From the NCBI GenBank assembly GCA_938006875.1, contig CALLMJ010000090.1, positions 1 to 61,994 on the forward strand: 61,994 nt of DNA. The letters run 5' to 3'. How positions within the stretch are numbered: the first letter of the stretch is position 1; each line of letters starts with the position of its first letter. The position numbers were made by a program, and so were the translations under genes. The notes under the pieces were generated by a model. It ran no database searches and was not told where the DNA came from. It saw only the letters and a program-made list of their open reading frames with translations. Source of the stretch: an uncultured Bacteroidia bacterium (GTDB taxonomy: Bacteria > Bacteroidota > Bacteroidia > J057 > CALLMJ01). Shown here in pieces: positions 39,166 to 48,543 of this stretch.

Positions 39166-39173
39166 CAAAATTA
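39166..39173 (-). promoter_or_regulatory. -7 box (TAnnTTTG)
   Basis: TAATTTTG on the minus strand, 11 nt before the ATG at 39154. Confidence 0.5.
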
Positions 39174-39461
39174 CTTGTATTAAAATTAAGTGAAAAAAAA
39201 ATTTTTTTTTAAATTCATTGATAATCAACATTATAATTTTTGTATTTTTTTTAGTTTCATAAGTATATAGAAATAACAAGGAAAAATATGGAAACAGGGT
39301 GAAATATGCTGAAGAGGTATTGATTACAGGGAACATAGAACATATTCAATAAGAGTTACATCTCTAACGCTTAATTGTTCTTGATTTTGCTCTTTTCAAA
39401 ATTAGCATAATAAATCATTATCTTCATTACTTTTGTTACCTAATTATTGAAATAATTCTAT

Positions 39462-39469
39462 TACCTTTG
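39462..39469 (+). promoter_or_regulatory. -7 box (TAnnTTTG)
   Basis: TACCTTTG, 20 nt before the ATG at 39490. Confidence 0.5.
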
Positions 39470-39489
39470 CGAAATTAAATTACAGTTAT

Positions 39490-41115
39490 ATGAATGGAAT
39501 TTTTCAAGTACCCGTACCCAAAAATGAACCAGTAAAAAATTATGAACCTAGTTCAAATGATAGAAAACTTTTAGACAAAGAGATTGAAAAAATGCGTTCG
39601 GAAGTCATAGAAATTCCGATGTACATTGGTTCTGAAAAAGTATATACAGAAGAAAAAAGATTGATTTCACCACCTCATGACCACCAGCATGTTATCGGAT
39701 ACTTCCATCAAGGAAATTCCGACCATGTACGTTCTGCCATTAAAACTGCATTAAAAGCAAAAGAAAAATGGGAAAAAATGGCTTGGCAAGATCGTGTTGC
39801 TATATTCTTAAAAGCTGCTGAATTAATCGCCGGTCCTTATAGACATAAAATGAACGCAGCTACCATGCTTGCACAATCCAAAAATATTTTTCAATCTGAG
39901 ATTGATGCAGTTTGTGAATTGGTGGATTTTTTTCGTTTTAATGCTTATTTTTTAACTCAAATTTATCAAAATCAGCCTATCTCTGCACCAGGAACATGGA
40001 ACCGATTAGATTATAGACCATTAGAAGGCTTTATTTTCGCATTAACTCCCTTTAATTTTACTTCCATCGCGGGTAATTTACCTACTGTTCCTGCTATGAT
40101 GGGCAATGTTGTTGTTTGGAAATGTGCTGATACTCAAGTTTATTCTGCTAGATTAATCATGGAAATTTTATTAGAAGCTGGTTTACCAGAAGGTGTTATT
40201 AACTTAATTTACGTGGACGGACCCACTGCTGGTAAAGTCATTTTTTCTTCAAGCCAATTTGCTGGATTACACTTTACAGGCTCAACAGGTGTTTTTCAAC
40301 ATTTATGGGAAACCATCGGTAGAAATATCAAAAGATATCGTTCTTACCCCAGAATAGTCGGTGAAACAGGCGGTAAAGACTTTGTTTTTGCTCATCCTTC
40401 TGCAGATGTAAAAGCGTTAAGTGTTGCATTAACCAGAGGCGCTTTTGAGTTTCAAGGACAAAAATGCTCTGCGGCTTCTCGTGCTTATATCCCTACTAGT
40501 TTATGGGAAACTGTCAAAAATTACTTAGAAGCCGATTTGAAATCTATGAAAATGGGCGGCCCTGAAGACCCCAAAAACTTTATTAATGCCGTTATTGATA
40601 ACCGTGCCTTTGATAAAATTGTTAGTTATATTGAATGGGCAAAAGTAGATTCCCAATCCGATATTTTATTTGGCGGAAATTATGATAAATCAAAAGGTTA
40701 TTTTATTGAACCTACGGTTATTATTACCACAAACCCTAAATCTAAAACTATGGTGGAAGAGATTTTCGGCCCTGTTTTAACCATTTATGTTTATGAAGAT
40801 AAAGACTGGGAAAAAGTCCTTACATTAATAGATGAAACTTCTCCTTATGCTTTAACTGGTTCCGTTTTTTCACAAGATAGATATGTAATTGCTCACGTAA
40901 TGGACAAACTTCAAAATGCTGCGGGTAATTTTTATATTAATGACAAACCTACCGGAGCAGTTGTGGGGCAACAACCTTTTGGAGGTGCTAGAGGTTCGGG
41001 GACCAATGATAAAGCGGGAGCAATTTTTAATTTATTAAGATGGGTTTCTCCTAGAGCCATTAAAGAAACTTTTGCTCCTCCTATGGATTATAAATATCCA
41101 TTTCTTGGTGAATAA
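39490..41115 (+). CDS. 1-pyrroline-5-carboxylate (L-glutamate gamma-semialdehyde) dehydrogenase
   Basis: 541-aa aldehyde dehydrogenase. ETGGKD, GQKCSAASR (catalytic Cys), EEIFGPV. Confidence 0.9.
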   Translation: MNGIFQVPVPKNEPVKNYEPSSNDRKLLDKEIEKMRSEVIEIPMYIGSEKVYTEEKRLISPPHDHQHVIGYFHQGNSDHVRSAIKTALKAKEKWEKMAWQDRVAIFLKAAELIAGPYRHKMNAATMLAQSKNIFQSEIDAVCELVDFFRFNAYFLTQIYQNQPISAPGTWNRLDYRPLEGFIFALTPFNFTSIAGNLPTVPAMMGNVVVWKCADTQVYSARLIMEILLEAGLPEGVINLIYVDGPTAGKVIFSSSQFAGLHFTGSTGVFQHLWETIGRNIKRYRSYPRIVGETGGKDFVFAHPSADVKALSVALTRGAFEFQGQKCSAASRAYIPTSLWETVKNYLEADLKSMKMGGPEDPKNFINAVIDNRAFDKIVSYIEWAKVDSQSDILFGGNYDKSKGYFIEPTVIITTNPKSKTMVEEIFGPVLTIYVYEDKDWEKVLTLIDETSPYALTGSVFSQDRYVIAHVMDKLQNAAGNFYINDKPTGAVVGQQPFGGARGSGTNDKAGAIFNLLRWVSPRAIKETFAPPMDYKYPFLGE

Positions 41116-41140
41116 TAATAAATCAATAACATGAAACACA

Positions 41141-41172
41141 AAAACCTTTGCTTTAATAGCAAAGGTTTTTTA
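41141..41172. terminator. bidirectional intrinsic terminator between convergent genes
   Basis: AAAACCTTTGC-TTTAATA-GCAAAGGTTTT flanked by an A run on the left and a T run on the right, so it works on either strand. Confidence 0.7.
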
Positions 41173-41191
41173 TTAAATCTCTCAGAAATCA

Positions 41192-44100
41192 CTACCTCAA
41201 CAAGGTTACATTTCCGGTAATTTTCTTTTTACCAATTTGTAGAACATAAAAATAAACCCCTTCTACGGCAGGTCCAAAATTTGTATTTCCATTCCAACCC
41301 TCATTAGGTTGATTGGACTCAAATAATTTTTTTCCGTGACGGTCATAGATCTGGAACATAAAACTTTCTTTTCCTTTGTAGTTAAAGCGGAATACATCAT
41401 TTGCACCATCACCGTTAGGAGTGAAAACATTGGGTAATATATAAGTCGGTTCTTCCACTGAAATAGAACTTATAGAAAGAGTATCTAAACATCCCCCTTC
41501 ATCTTGAACTACCAGGGTAACCGTATAATTTCCGGGCAGTAAGTATTCATGAACGGGGTTTTGTTCAAAACTAATATTTCCATCACCAAAATCCCAAATC
41601 CAACGTACCGCATTCAATGAAGAATCTATAAAAAATACTTGTGCATTAGGTAAATAAATTGGACCATCTTGATAATTGGGTTGAGTATAGAAATGAGCTT
41701 CCGCTGGAGGAGAAACAAAAATATTCATATAGGAAGTATCCGCACAGCCACCTGTACCCAGAGTAATTAACTCTACGGTATAACTTCCAGGAGTATCATA
41801 AATATGAACAGGGTTCGCTTCATTAGAAACATTGCCATCACCAAAATCCCATTGATAGGCAGTTGCTTGTAAACTATTACTCAAAAAACTTACGGTTAAT
41901 TCTGCACAACCTTTAATAGTTGAAGGAATAATTCCTGATGTGGGTTGAATATTTACATTTACTTTTAAAGTATCGTAAGCTACACAGGCACCCTCGCGAA
42001 CCTCTAAAATGTATTCCGTAGTAGTTGTAGGATTGATATTTAAAGAATTACCGTTTCCTGCAAAAACACCATCAGTAAACCAAGTATAACTTGCAGAGCC
42101 AATACCACCCGTTGCTGTTAAAATATAGGGTTTACCTTGACATAAATCCAAACTATCTGGTTGAATATTCGCATTTAATGGCGGCATTACTGATATAACG
42201 ATGGTATCTCTATTGATACAATTTTGATAACTCACTTCCAAAATATACTCTGTACTTTCATCTGGATTTGCGGTAGGATTTAAACTGTTAGGGTCAGATA
42301 AACCCATTGAAGGAATCCACACAAAACTATCGTAATTCCCTGAAATTATTCCATTTAAATTCACCGTTTGTCCTTTACAAATCATCATTTCTTTTACACC
42401 TTGAACAGTTGCATCTACTTGTGGAGTATCTACTACAAAAATGGTAAAGGTTTTGGTCAAAAACTCACAAGAATCTATTTTAACAAAGAATTGGTAAGTA
42501 GTTGTTTGTAAGGGAATTGCATAAGGATTGAAAGCTGTAGAATCAGAAACGAAATTTCCAGGAGACCATCTTACTGTATAAGGCAAGGAAGTTTGAACGT
42601 CAGGGTCTAACAATAAAGAATCCCCTGGACAAATTGTAAAATCTATTAAGTTGATTTCTGTGGGAGTATTAATTACTGTAACGGTTACTTCATCGGGTTG
42701 TGAAGCACAAGTATTAGAGAAAACAGTTAAAGAATAAGTAGTTGTTGTAGTAGGATTAGCAAAAGGATTTCGAATAGTAGGGTTAGATAAACCAATTGCA
42801 GGAGACCATAAATATTGATAATCAGGACCTCCACCTGAAGGTAAATCTCCAATCAGAGTACCTTGCCCTTCACAAATAGTTTTATCTACTCCCGCATTTG
42901 CACGCACTTCTGGTAAAACATTCACTACCACTGTTGCTAATGAGTCTAATGTAGTAAGTTCTGATGAACACCCTGTATTGATAGAAGTTACGGTTACTGT
43001 ATAAATGGTAGTTACAGTAGGATTAGCAATGGGATTAGGTATGTTAGGATTCGATAAACCTGCGGAAGGTGTCCATGTATAAGAAAAAACTTCTCCGGGA
43101 AAAGCATTCGTTACTGTTGCATTTAATGGAACACCATTGGAAGAATTATTACAAATAAAAGTATCAGGCCCTGCATCAACAATCGGAAGTGGTGTAATAA
43201 GAACAAAAACAGAATCAGTATCCGATATACAACCATTAACATCGGTTACAAGCATATAGTAACGCGTGTTGGTTGTGGGGTTGGCAATAGGATTGGCAAT
43301 AAATGGATTTGATAAACCCGTAGCAGGGAACCATTGAACCGATAAATTACCCGTTCCACCAGTTGCTGTTCCAGGAATTTGCACTCCAGTACCTTGACAG
43401 GAATGCACAGTATCTACTGGTATATCTGCCATAGGTTGTGGATGCACATAAACCGTTACGCTATCCGCAATAGAAGGACAACCTCCGCAGTTTGCTACTA
43501 GATAATAAGTTGTGGTAACATTAGGACTTGCGCAAGGATTAAGAACATTAGGATTATCTAAACCAGTTGAAGGAGTCCAAGTGTAAGTACAAGTGGGTCC
43601 TCCTTGAATCAATGATGCTGTTAATGGAACACAGGGTGTGTTAGCACATTTTACGTAATCAATACCAGCATCTACGATGGGTTTTTGCTTGATATTAAAA
43701 ACTGTTGAAGTATAAGAAGAACAACCGTTCCATGTCAATAGTAAACGAACGGAATCCTGTTGTGAGGATGTCCATATTACTTGGTAGGGACCAGCATCTT
43801 GACCTGAAATCACAATACCATTACCAAAATTCCATTGAAAATTCATTCCCGGCTCAACAGTAAAAGGATAATTGAAACGAATGGTATCCCCAGCACAAAA
43901 ATTACCAGCAATGGTAAAATTAGAATTAGGAATAGGTTTTACTACAAAACGAACTTTAAAAGAATCTATACATGCCGAATTACTAACTTTTACACTGATA
44001 GAATCATCAAGAGGAGTATTAAAAACGACGGTATAAGGTCCAGCACCTGTACCACTAATCACATTACCCCCTAAAAAATTCCAATTATAATTAAAGCCCG

Positions 44101-45001
44101 TACCAGTAGTTCCTGTATAAGTAATAGTAACAGTATCTCCTTGACAAATAGCTGCTTGGCTTAAAGTAAATGAAGGTTGAGGCGTTTGGGTGATATTTAC
44201 AGTAAAAGTATCAATTTGAACCAAATTCCCAAATAAATCAAAAGCACTTCTTCTTACAAATGGAGAACCTGGATTAGGAAAAGAAACTGTTACAGGACCA
44301 AAACTATTAGGATTTCCCGATATTAAAGTAGCACCTGTTAGGTCCCATTGATAAGTATAAGTGGGGTTAGGTGTTCCTGGACTTAAAGGCAAAGTTATGG
44401 GCTTTCCAGTACAAAATTGAGTAACAGAGGCTTGATAAATGATTGAGGGTTGAGTACCAGGGGGTAGTTGTGTCCATGAACCGGTTTCTCCATCACCAAA
44501 AACATTGACTTGCATATTTAAATCACAAGGATTGGGCAATGTTGAAGGTACAGTTGCTGACCAAGTAAAGGTCCACGGACCTGAACCTGACCCGTCCCCC
44601 CAGTTATTTCCTGTAATTCCGTCTATAAATCCTGATGTAGAACCTGCTGTACCATCAAAATAAAATCCAGGTATAGCGGGACCTCCCGTTTTTGGAGGGA
44701 TAGGGTTTAAATCTACCATCCAAACTCCATTCGTGTAGGCTGGTGGTGGCGTACCATAGGTTAGGTTTGTCCAACAAGAACCAGGAGTAATTCCAAGACC
44801 ATGAAACCATTCAGAAATTCCATTAGGGTTTGAATTATAATTATCAATAGTTATGGAAAAATTTACTGTAGTTCCCGGTGCCCAAGGAGCCGGCGGAGTA
44901 GCAACAATTTGTGGTGCTCCACTTGGAAAATAAGGAGGTTGAGCTTTTAAATAACTTCCATAAGCAAGGAATACCAAAATTATATATCTTTTTAATTGCA
45001 T
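41192..45001 (-). CDS. very large secreted protein with PKD/Ig-like repeats and gliding-motility-type (T9SS type B) C-terminal domain
   Basis: 1269 aa with a signal peptide. Repeated W.PS.GLSNPN..NP.ANPT..T.Y units and PKD segments (WDFGDGN). The C-terminus carries PNVFTPNGDGANDVFRF. Confidence 0.87.
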   Translation of the reverse strand: MQLKRYIILVFLAYGSYLKAQPPYFPSGAPQIVATPPAPWAPGTTVNFSITIDNYNSNPNGISEWFHGLGITPGSCWTNLTYGTPPPAYTNGVWMVDLNPIPPKTGGPAIPGFYFDGTAGSTSGFIDGITGNNWGDGSGSGPWTFTWSATVPSTLPNPCDLNMQVNVFGDGETGSWTQLPPGTQPSIIYQASVTQFCTGKPITLPLSPGTPNPTYTYQWDLTGATLISGNPNSFGPVTVSFPNPGSPFVRRSAFDLFGNLVQIDTFTVNITQTPQPSFTLSQAAICQGDTVTITYTGTTGTGFNYNWNFLGGNVISGTGAGPYTVVFNTPLDDSISVKVSNSACIDSFKVRFVVKPIPNSNFTIAGNFCAGDTIRFNYPFTVEPGMNFQWNFGNGIVISGQDAGPYQVIWTSSQQDSVRLLLTWNGCSSYTSTVFNIKQKPIVDAGIDYVKCANTPCVPLTASLIQGGPTCTYTWTPSTGLDNPNVLNPCASPNVTTTYYLVANCGGCPSIADSVTVYVHPQPMADIPVDTVHSCQGTGVQIPGTATGGTGNLSVQWFPATGLSNPFIANPIANPTTNTRYYMLVTDVNGCISDTDSVFVLITPLPIVDAGPDTFICNNSSNGVPLNATVTNAFPGEVFSYTWTPSAGLSNPNIPNPIANPTVTTIYTVTVTSINTGCSSELTTLDSLATVVVNVLPEVRANAGVDKTICEGQGTLIGDLPSGGGPDYQYLWSPAIGLSNPTIRNPFANPTTTTTYSLTVFSNTCASQPDEVTVTVINTPTEINLIDFTICPGDSLLLDPDVQTSLPYTVRWSPGNFVSDSTAFNPYAIPLQTTTYQFFVKIDSCEFLTKTFTIFVVDTPQVDATVQGVKEMMICKGQTVNLNGIISGNYDSFVWIPSMGLSDPNSLNPTANPDESTEYILEVSYQNCINRDTIVISVMPPLNANIQPDSLDLCQGKPYILTATGGIGSASYTWFTDGVFAGNGNSLNINPTTTTEYILEVREGACVAYDTLKVNVNIQPTSGIIPSTIKGCAELTVSFLSNSLQATAYQWDFGDGNVSNEANPVHIYDTPGSYTVELITLGTGGCADTSYMNIFVSPPAEAHFYTQPNYQDGPIYLPNAQVFFIDSSLNAVRWIWDFGDGNISFEQNPVHEYLLPGNYTVTLVVQDEGGCLDTLSISSISVEEPTYILPNVFTPNGDGANDVFRFNYKGKESFMFQIYDRHGKKLFESNQPNEGWNGNTNFGPAVEGVYFYVLQIGKKKITGNVTLLR

Positions 45002-45018
45002 TATTTTAAATCCAATTG

Positions 45019-45026
45019 CAAAAATA
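45019..45026 (-). promoter_or_regulatory. -7 box (TAnnTTTG)
   Basis: TATTTTTG on the minus strand, 17 nt before the ATG at 45001. Confidence 0.45.
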
Positions 45027-45134
45027 TAAAAAAAACCTCAGTCTACAACAAAATTTTTATCATTTTTCTTTACATTTTAACATCTTTTCTGAATCCCTAA
45101 AACTTGAGGATATCACTTGATTCCTTATGCTCAT

Positions 45135-45290
45135 TAGAGTTTATGAACAATTCATTAAAAATTTGTTTATCAGTTAATTGCTAGCCCTTAACGAGGCAAT
45201 CTAAAACATTATGTATATATGCGGTTGTTGAGTAGTGAGTGATGCGTACATATCGAAACGCCCGCTTTTCCTCGAAACATGGTCATTTCG
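45135..45290 (+). repeat. GC-rich mosaic intergenic repeat, copy A2
   Basis: Collinear with A1 but lacks the 64-bp duplication. Contains GCGGTTGTTGAGTAGTGAGTGATGCG. Confidence 0.85.
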
Positions 45291-45376
45291 CTACGGCTTC
45301 GCCTTCTCCATCACCAGCGGTACGGCTTCGCCTTCTCCATGACCAGCGGTACGGCTCCGCCTAGTCCATGAGCATT
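45290..45376 (+). repeat. 3 x 29-bp head-to-tail tandem repeat appended to copy A2
   Basis: GGCTTCGCC/GGCTCCGCC recurs at 45295, 45324 and 45353, a period of 29. The unit is about CGGTACGGCTTCGCCTTCTCCATSACCAG. The same module occurs once each in A1 (3545-3573) and A3. Confidence 0.85.
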
Positions 45377-45419
45377 TCCATACTTTTTTGAACTTTATCC
45401 TTTGCTTATAAAATTTGAT

Positions 45420-45427
45420 TAATTTTG
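45420..45427 (+). promoter_or_regulatory. -7 box (TAnnTTTG)
   Basis: TAATTTTG, 4 nt before the ATG at 45432. Confidence 0.45.
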
Positions 45428-45431
45428 CGGT

Positions 45432-46277
45432 ATGACCAAGTGGTGGATAATTTTATTCATTTTTTTTATCAATTGTAGTTCCGATAATGACCCAAACAAC
45501 AAAGTGATTGTTGAATATAAAGGCTCTCAATTAACTTTAGGAAACTTAAAAGCCATGCTTCCTGACAACTTATCCCCTATGGATAGTGCTAGGATTGCGG
45601 CTCTTTTTATTGACCAATGGATTGCAGATCAGATTTTAGTTTATGAAGCAAAATCTAAAATACAAAATTTAGAAAAAAAAGTTGAGCCTATGCTCCAAAA
45701 TTATAAAGATAAGCTCATGATTATTGAACTTAAAAATGAATATGTAAAAAATTTAAGTGCTAATGATATACCAGAAGATACCCTAAAAGCTTGGTATGAA
45801 AAGAAAAAATCTTCTTTTGTTGCAGGACAAAACTATTATAAGTGTTATTACATCACCACAGACCGTAATGATACTCCCGAAATCCGAAAAAGACTAAAAC
45901 CTGTGAAAGATGATGACTATAATATTGTAAAAAATTGGTGCGTAAAAAATAAAGTTTATTGCCATTTAGAAGATAATTGGATTGACCACATAACTTTTCA
46001 AAAGAAAATCCAAAGTAAAATCCCCAATCAAAACTTTTCAATTTTATCTCCTAGTAACACCGTTGTATTTGCTATTACTTACCAACCTAAACCTATCTAT
46101 CATTTTTTTCTTATGATTGATGTAATCAAAGCAGGGCAGCCTTTACCTTTTGAAATGGTAAAAAACCAAGTAGCAACATTGGTAATTCATGAAAAAAGTA
46201 ATAAAGGTTTTGAGGAATATGCTCATCAAATGTTATTAAAAGTTAAAGCTAACAAAGAAGTTCAATTTTTTGATTAA
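45432..46277 (+). CDS. hypothetical lipoprotein (possibly a SurA-N-like chaperone domain)
   Basis: 281 aa. The lipobox-like FFINCSS is the main feature. The SurA-like impression is weak. It sits upstream of lptB. Confidence 0.55.
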   Translation: MTKWWIILFIFFINCSSDNDPNNKVIVEYKGSQLTLGNLKAMLPDNLSPMDSARIAALFIDQWIADQILVYEAKSKIQNLEKKVEPMLQNYKDKLMIIELKNEYVKNLSANDIPEDTLKAWYEKKKSSFVAGQNYYKCYYITTDRNDTPEIRKRLKPVKDDDYNIVKNWCVKNKVYCHLEDNWIDHITFQKKIQSKIPNQNFSILSPSNTVVFAITYQPKPIYHFFLMIDVIKAGQPLPFEMVKNQVATLVIHEKSNKGFEEYAHQMLLKVKANKEVQFFD

Positions 46278-46283
46278 TTTATT

Positions 46284-47012
46284 ATGAAAGTTTTTGCTCA
46301 AAATCTTGTCAAAAAATACAAAAAACGTACAGTTGTAAAAAGTGTAAACATTGAATTATCTCAAGGTGAGATTGTAGGTTTATTAGGACCTAATGGAGCA
46401 GGCAAAACAACCACTTTTTATATGATAGTAGGCTTAATAAAACCCGACGATGGCAAAATTTTTCTTGATAATCAAGATATTACAGAAATGCCTATGTACA
46501 AAAGAGCACAGTTAGGTTTAGGGTATTTAGCACAAGAAGCCTCTGTTTTTCGTAGATTATCTGTTGAAGATAATATCATGGCAATTTTAGAAATGCGTTC
46601 TAACCTTAATAAATCTCAAAGAAAAGAAAAAGTTCAACAATTATTAGAAGAATTTAGCCTAACTCATGTACGTAAAAATTTGGGTATTATGCTTTCAGGT
46701 GGAGAAAGAAGAAGAACCGAAATTGCAAGAGCATTATCCGTTGACCCTAAGTTTATTTTGTTAGATGAGCCTTTTGCGGGGGTTGACCCTATCGCAGTAG
46801 AAGAAATTCAATCTATTATTCTTAAATTAAAACAAAAAAATATCGGTGTACTGATTACAGACCATAATGTCCAAGAAACTTTATCTATCACTGAACGTTC
46901 ATATTTATTATTTGATGGTCAAATTTTAAAAGCTGGCACTCCTGAAGAACTTGCTGCTGATGAACAGGTTCGTAGAGTTTATTTAGGAGAAAAGTTTCAA
47001 TTAATCAAATAA
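46284..47012 (+). CDS. lptB: LPS export ABC transporter ATP-binding protein LptB
   Basis: 242 aa. [28 protein letters not shown], and an LptB-typical C-terminus (VRRVYLGE.F). Confidence 0.92.
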   Translation: MKVFAQNLVKKYKKRTVVKSVNIELSQGEIVGLLGPNGAGKTTTFYMIVGLIKPDDGKIFLDNQDITEMPMYKRAQLGLGYLAQEASVFRRLSVEDNIMAILEMRSNLNKSQRKEKVQQLLEEFSLTHVRKNLGIMLSGGERRRTEIARALSVDPKFILLDEPFAGVDPIAVEEIQSIILKLKQKNIGVLITDHNVQETLSITERSYLLFDGQILKAGTPEELAADEQVRRVYLGEKFQLIK

Positions 47013-47019
47013 TCAATTT

Positions 47020-48537
47020 ATGTTTCTGAATTTTATTAATTTCGTTGGCAAAAAATACTTTCAAAATCGTTATTTAAAACAAGTTTTACCTTGGCAAAAT
47101 CAACCCATTGAAACTCAAAAACAAGTTTTTCAATATCTCATTTCACAAGCTCAAGATACTTATTTCGGCAAGAAACATCATTTTTCTAAAATCCAGCATA
47201 TTTGTGATTTTCAAAAAAATATACCCGTTAGAAGTTATGAAGCATTTTATGAGTATATAGATAAAATCCTAAAAGGAGAAGAAAATATTTTATGGAAAGG
47301 CAAAACTAAATGGTTTGCGAAGTCTTCTGGAACTACCAATGCGAAAAGTAAATTTATTCCAATTTCAAAAGAATCCTTGTATGATGGACATTTTAAAGCA
47401 GGCAAAGATATGTTTGCAACTTATTTTCATTTTTATCCTGATAGCAACTTATATAAAGGAAAAGCCTTAAGTATTGGAGGCTCGCACCAAATCAATCCTT
47501 TTAATGAGCATTCTCAATATGGTGATTTGAGTGCTGTTTTAATACAAAATATGCCTTCATCCTATGAATTATTTAGAACTCCTCCCAAAAAAATTGCTTT
47601 AATGAGTGAATGGGAATCCAAAATTGAAGCCATGGCAAATTATACTATGAACCAAAATGTAACCTCCATTGCTGGAGTACCCACTTGGACTGTTGTTCTT
47701 ATTCAAAAAATTTTAGAAAAAACTCAAAAAAATCATATTCAAGAAGTTTGGAAAAACTTAGAAGTATTTTTTCATGGTGCTGTAAGTTTTATTCCTTACA
47801 AAAAACAATTTGAAATTTTAGCTCCCAAACTTCGCTATATGGAAATTTATAATGCATCAGAAGGTTATTTTGCTTTTCAAACAGAACCAAACGACCCCGG
47901 CATGCTTTTGCTTTTAAATCATGGAATTTTTTATGAATTCATTCCTTTCAATCAATTAGAAAAAGAATTTCCTGATTCTATACCTATTCAAGATTTAGAA
48001 GTCGGCAAAACTTATGCTTTAGTGATTTCCACTAATGGCGGCTTATGGCGTTATAATATTGGTGATACCCTTACAATTACTCAAAAATCCCCCTTAAAAA
48101 TTATTATCTCTGGAAGAACTAAACATTTCATTAATGCTTTTGGAGAAGAGCTTATGGTCGGAAATACAGACCAAGCTCTAGCTTTTGCTTGTGAAAAAAC
48201 GGGTGCTATATTAAAAGATTATACCGCAGCTCCTATTTATTTCCAAAATAACGATGCAGGAGGGCATGAATGGATTATTGAATTTGAAAAATTACCTCAT
48301 GATACATCTAAATTCTTTGAATTATTAGATTCTAAACTTCAAGAAATCAATACAGACTACGCAGCCAAACGTTATAAAAATATGGCTTTAAGATTTCCTG
48401 TTTTTCATATTGCACCTCAAGGATTTTTTTATCAATGGTTAAAATCCAAAGGTAAACTGGGTGGGCAACATAAAGTCCCTCGTTTAAGTAATGACCGAAA
48501 ATTAATAGAAGAATTACTATCTTTGCTAAACTCATAA
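47020..48537 (+). CDS. GH3 (auxin-responsive promoter) family adenylate-forming protein
   Basis: 505 aa. F.KSSGTT....K.IP motif and the bacterial GH3 length. Confidence 0.82.
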   Translation: MFLNFINFVGKKYFQNRYLKQVLPWQNQPIETQKQVFQYLISQAQDTYFGKKHHFSKIQHICDFQKNIPVRSYEAFYEYIDKILKGEENILWKGKTKWFAKSSGTTNAKSKFIPISKESLYDGHFKAGKDMFATYFHFYPDSNLYKGKALSIGGSHQINPFNEHSQYGDLSAVLIQNMPSSYELFRTPPKKIALMSEWESKIEAMANYTMNQNVTSIAGVPTWTVVLIQKILEKTQKNHIQEVWKNLEVFFHGAVSFIPYKKQFEILAPKLRYMEIYNASEGYFAFQTEPNDPGMLLLLNHGIFYEFIPFNQLEKEFPDSIPIQDLEVGKTYALVISTNGGLWRYNIGDTLTITQKSPLKIIISGRTKHFINAFGEELMVGNTDQALAFACEKTGAILKDYTAAPIYFQNNDAGGHEWIIEFEKLPHDTSKFFELLDSKLQEINTDYAAKRYKNMALRFPVFHIAPQGFFYQWLKSKGKLGGQHKVPRLSNDRKLIEELLSLLNS

Positions 48538-48543
48538 AATTCC

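Noticed and set aside
39151-39336. 61-aa ORF upstream of the DUF47 gene.
   Set aside because: It is an AT-rich, Phe/Leu/Ile/Lys-only peptide that covers the promoter region, including the TAATTTTG box at 39166-39173. It is not credible as coding.
45290-45376. Possible CRISPR array (29-bp repeats).
   Set aside because: The units are contiguous with no spacers. There are only three copies, they are degenerate, and no cas genes are present. This is a plain tandem repeat.
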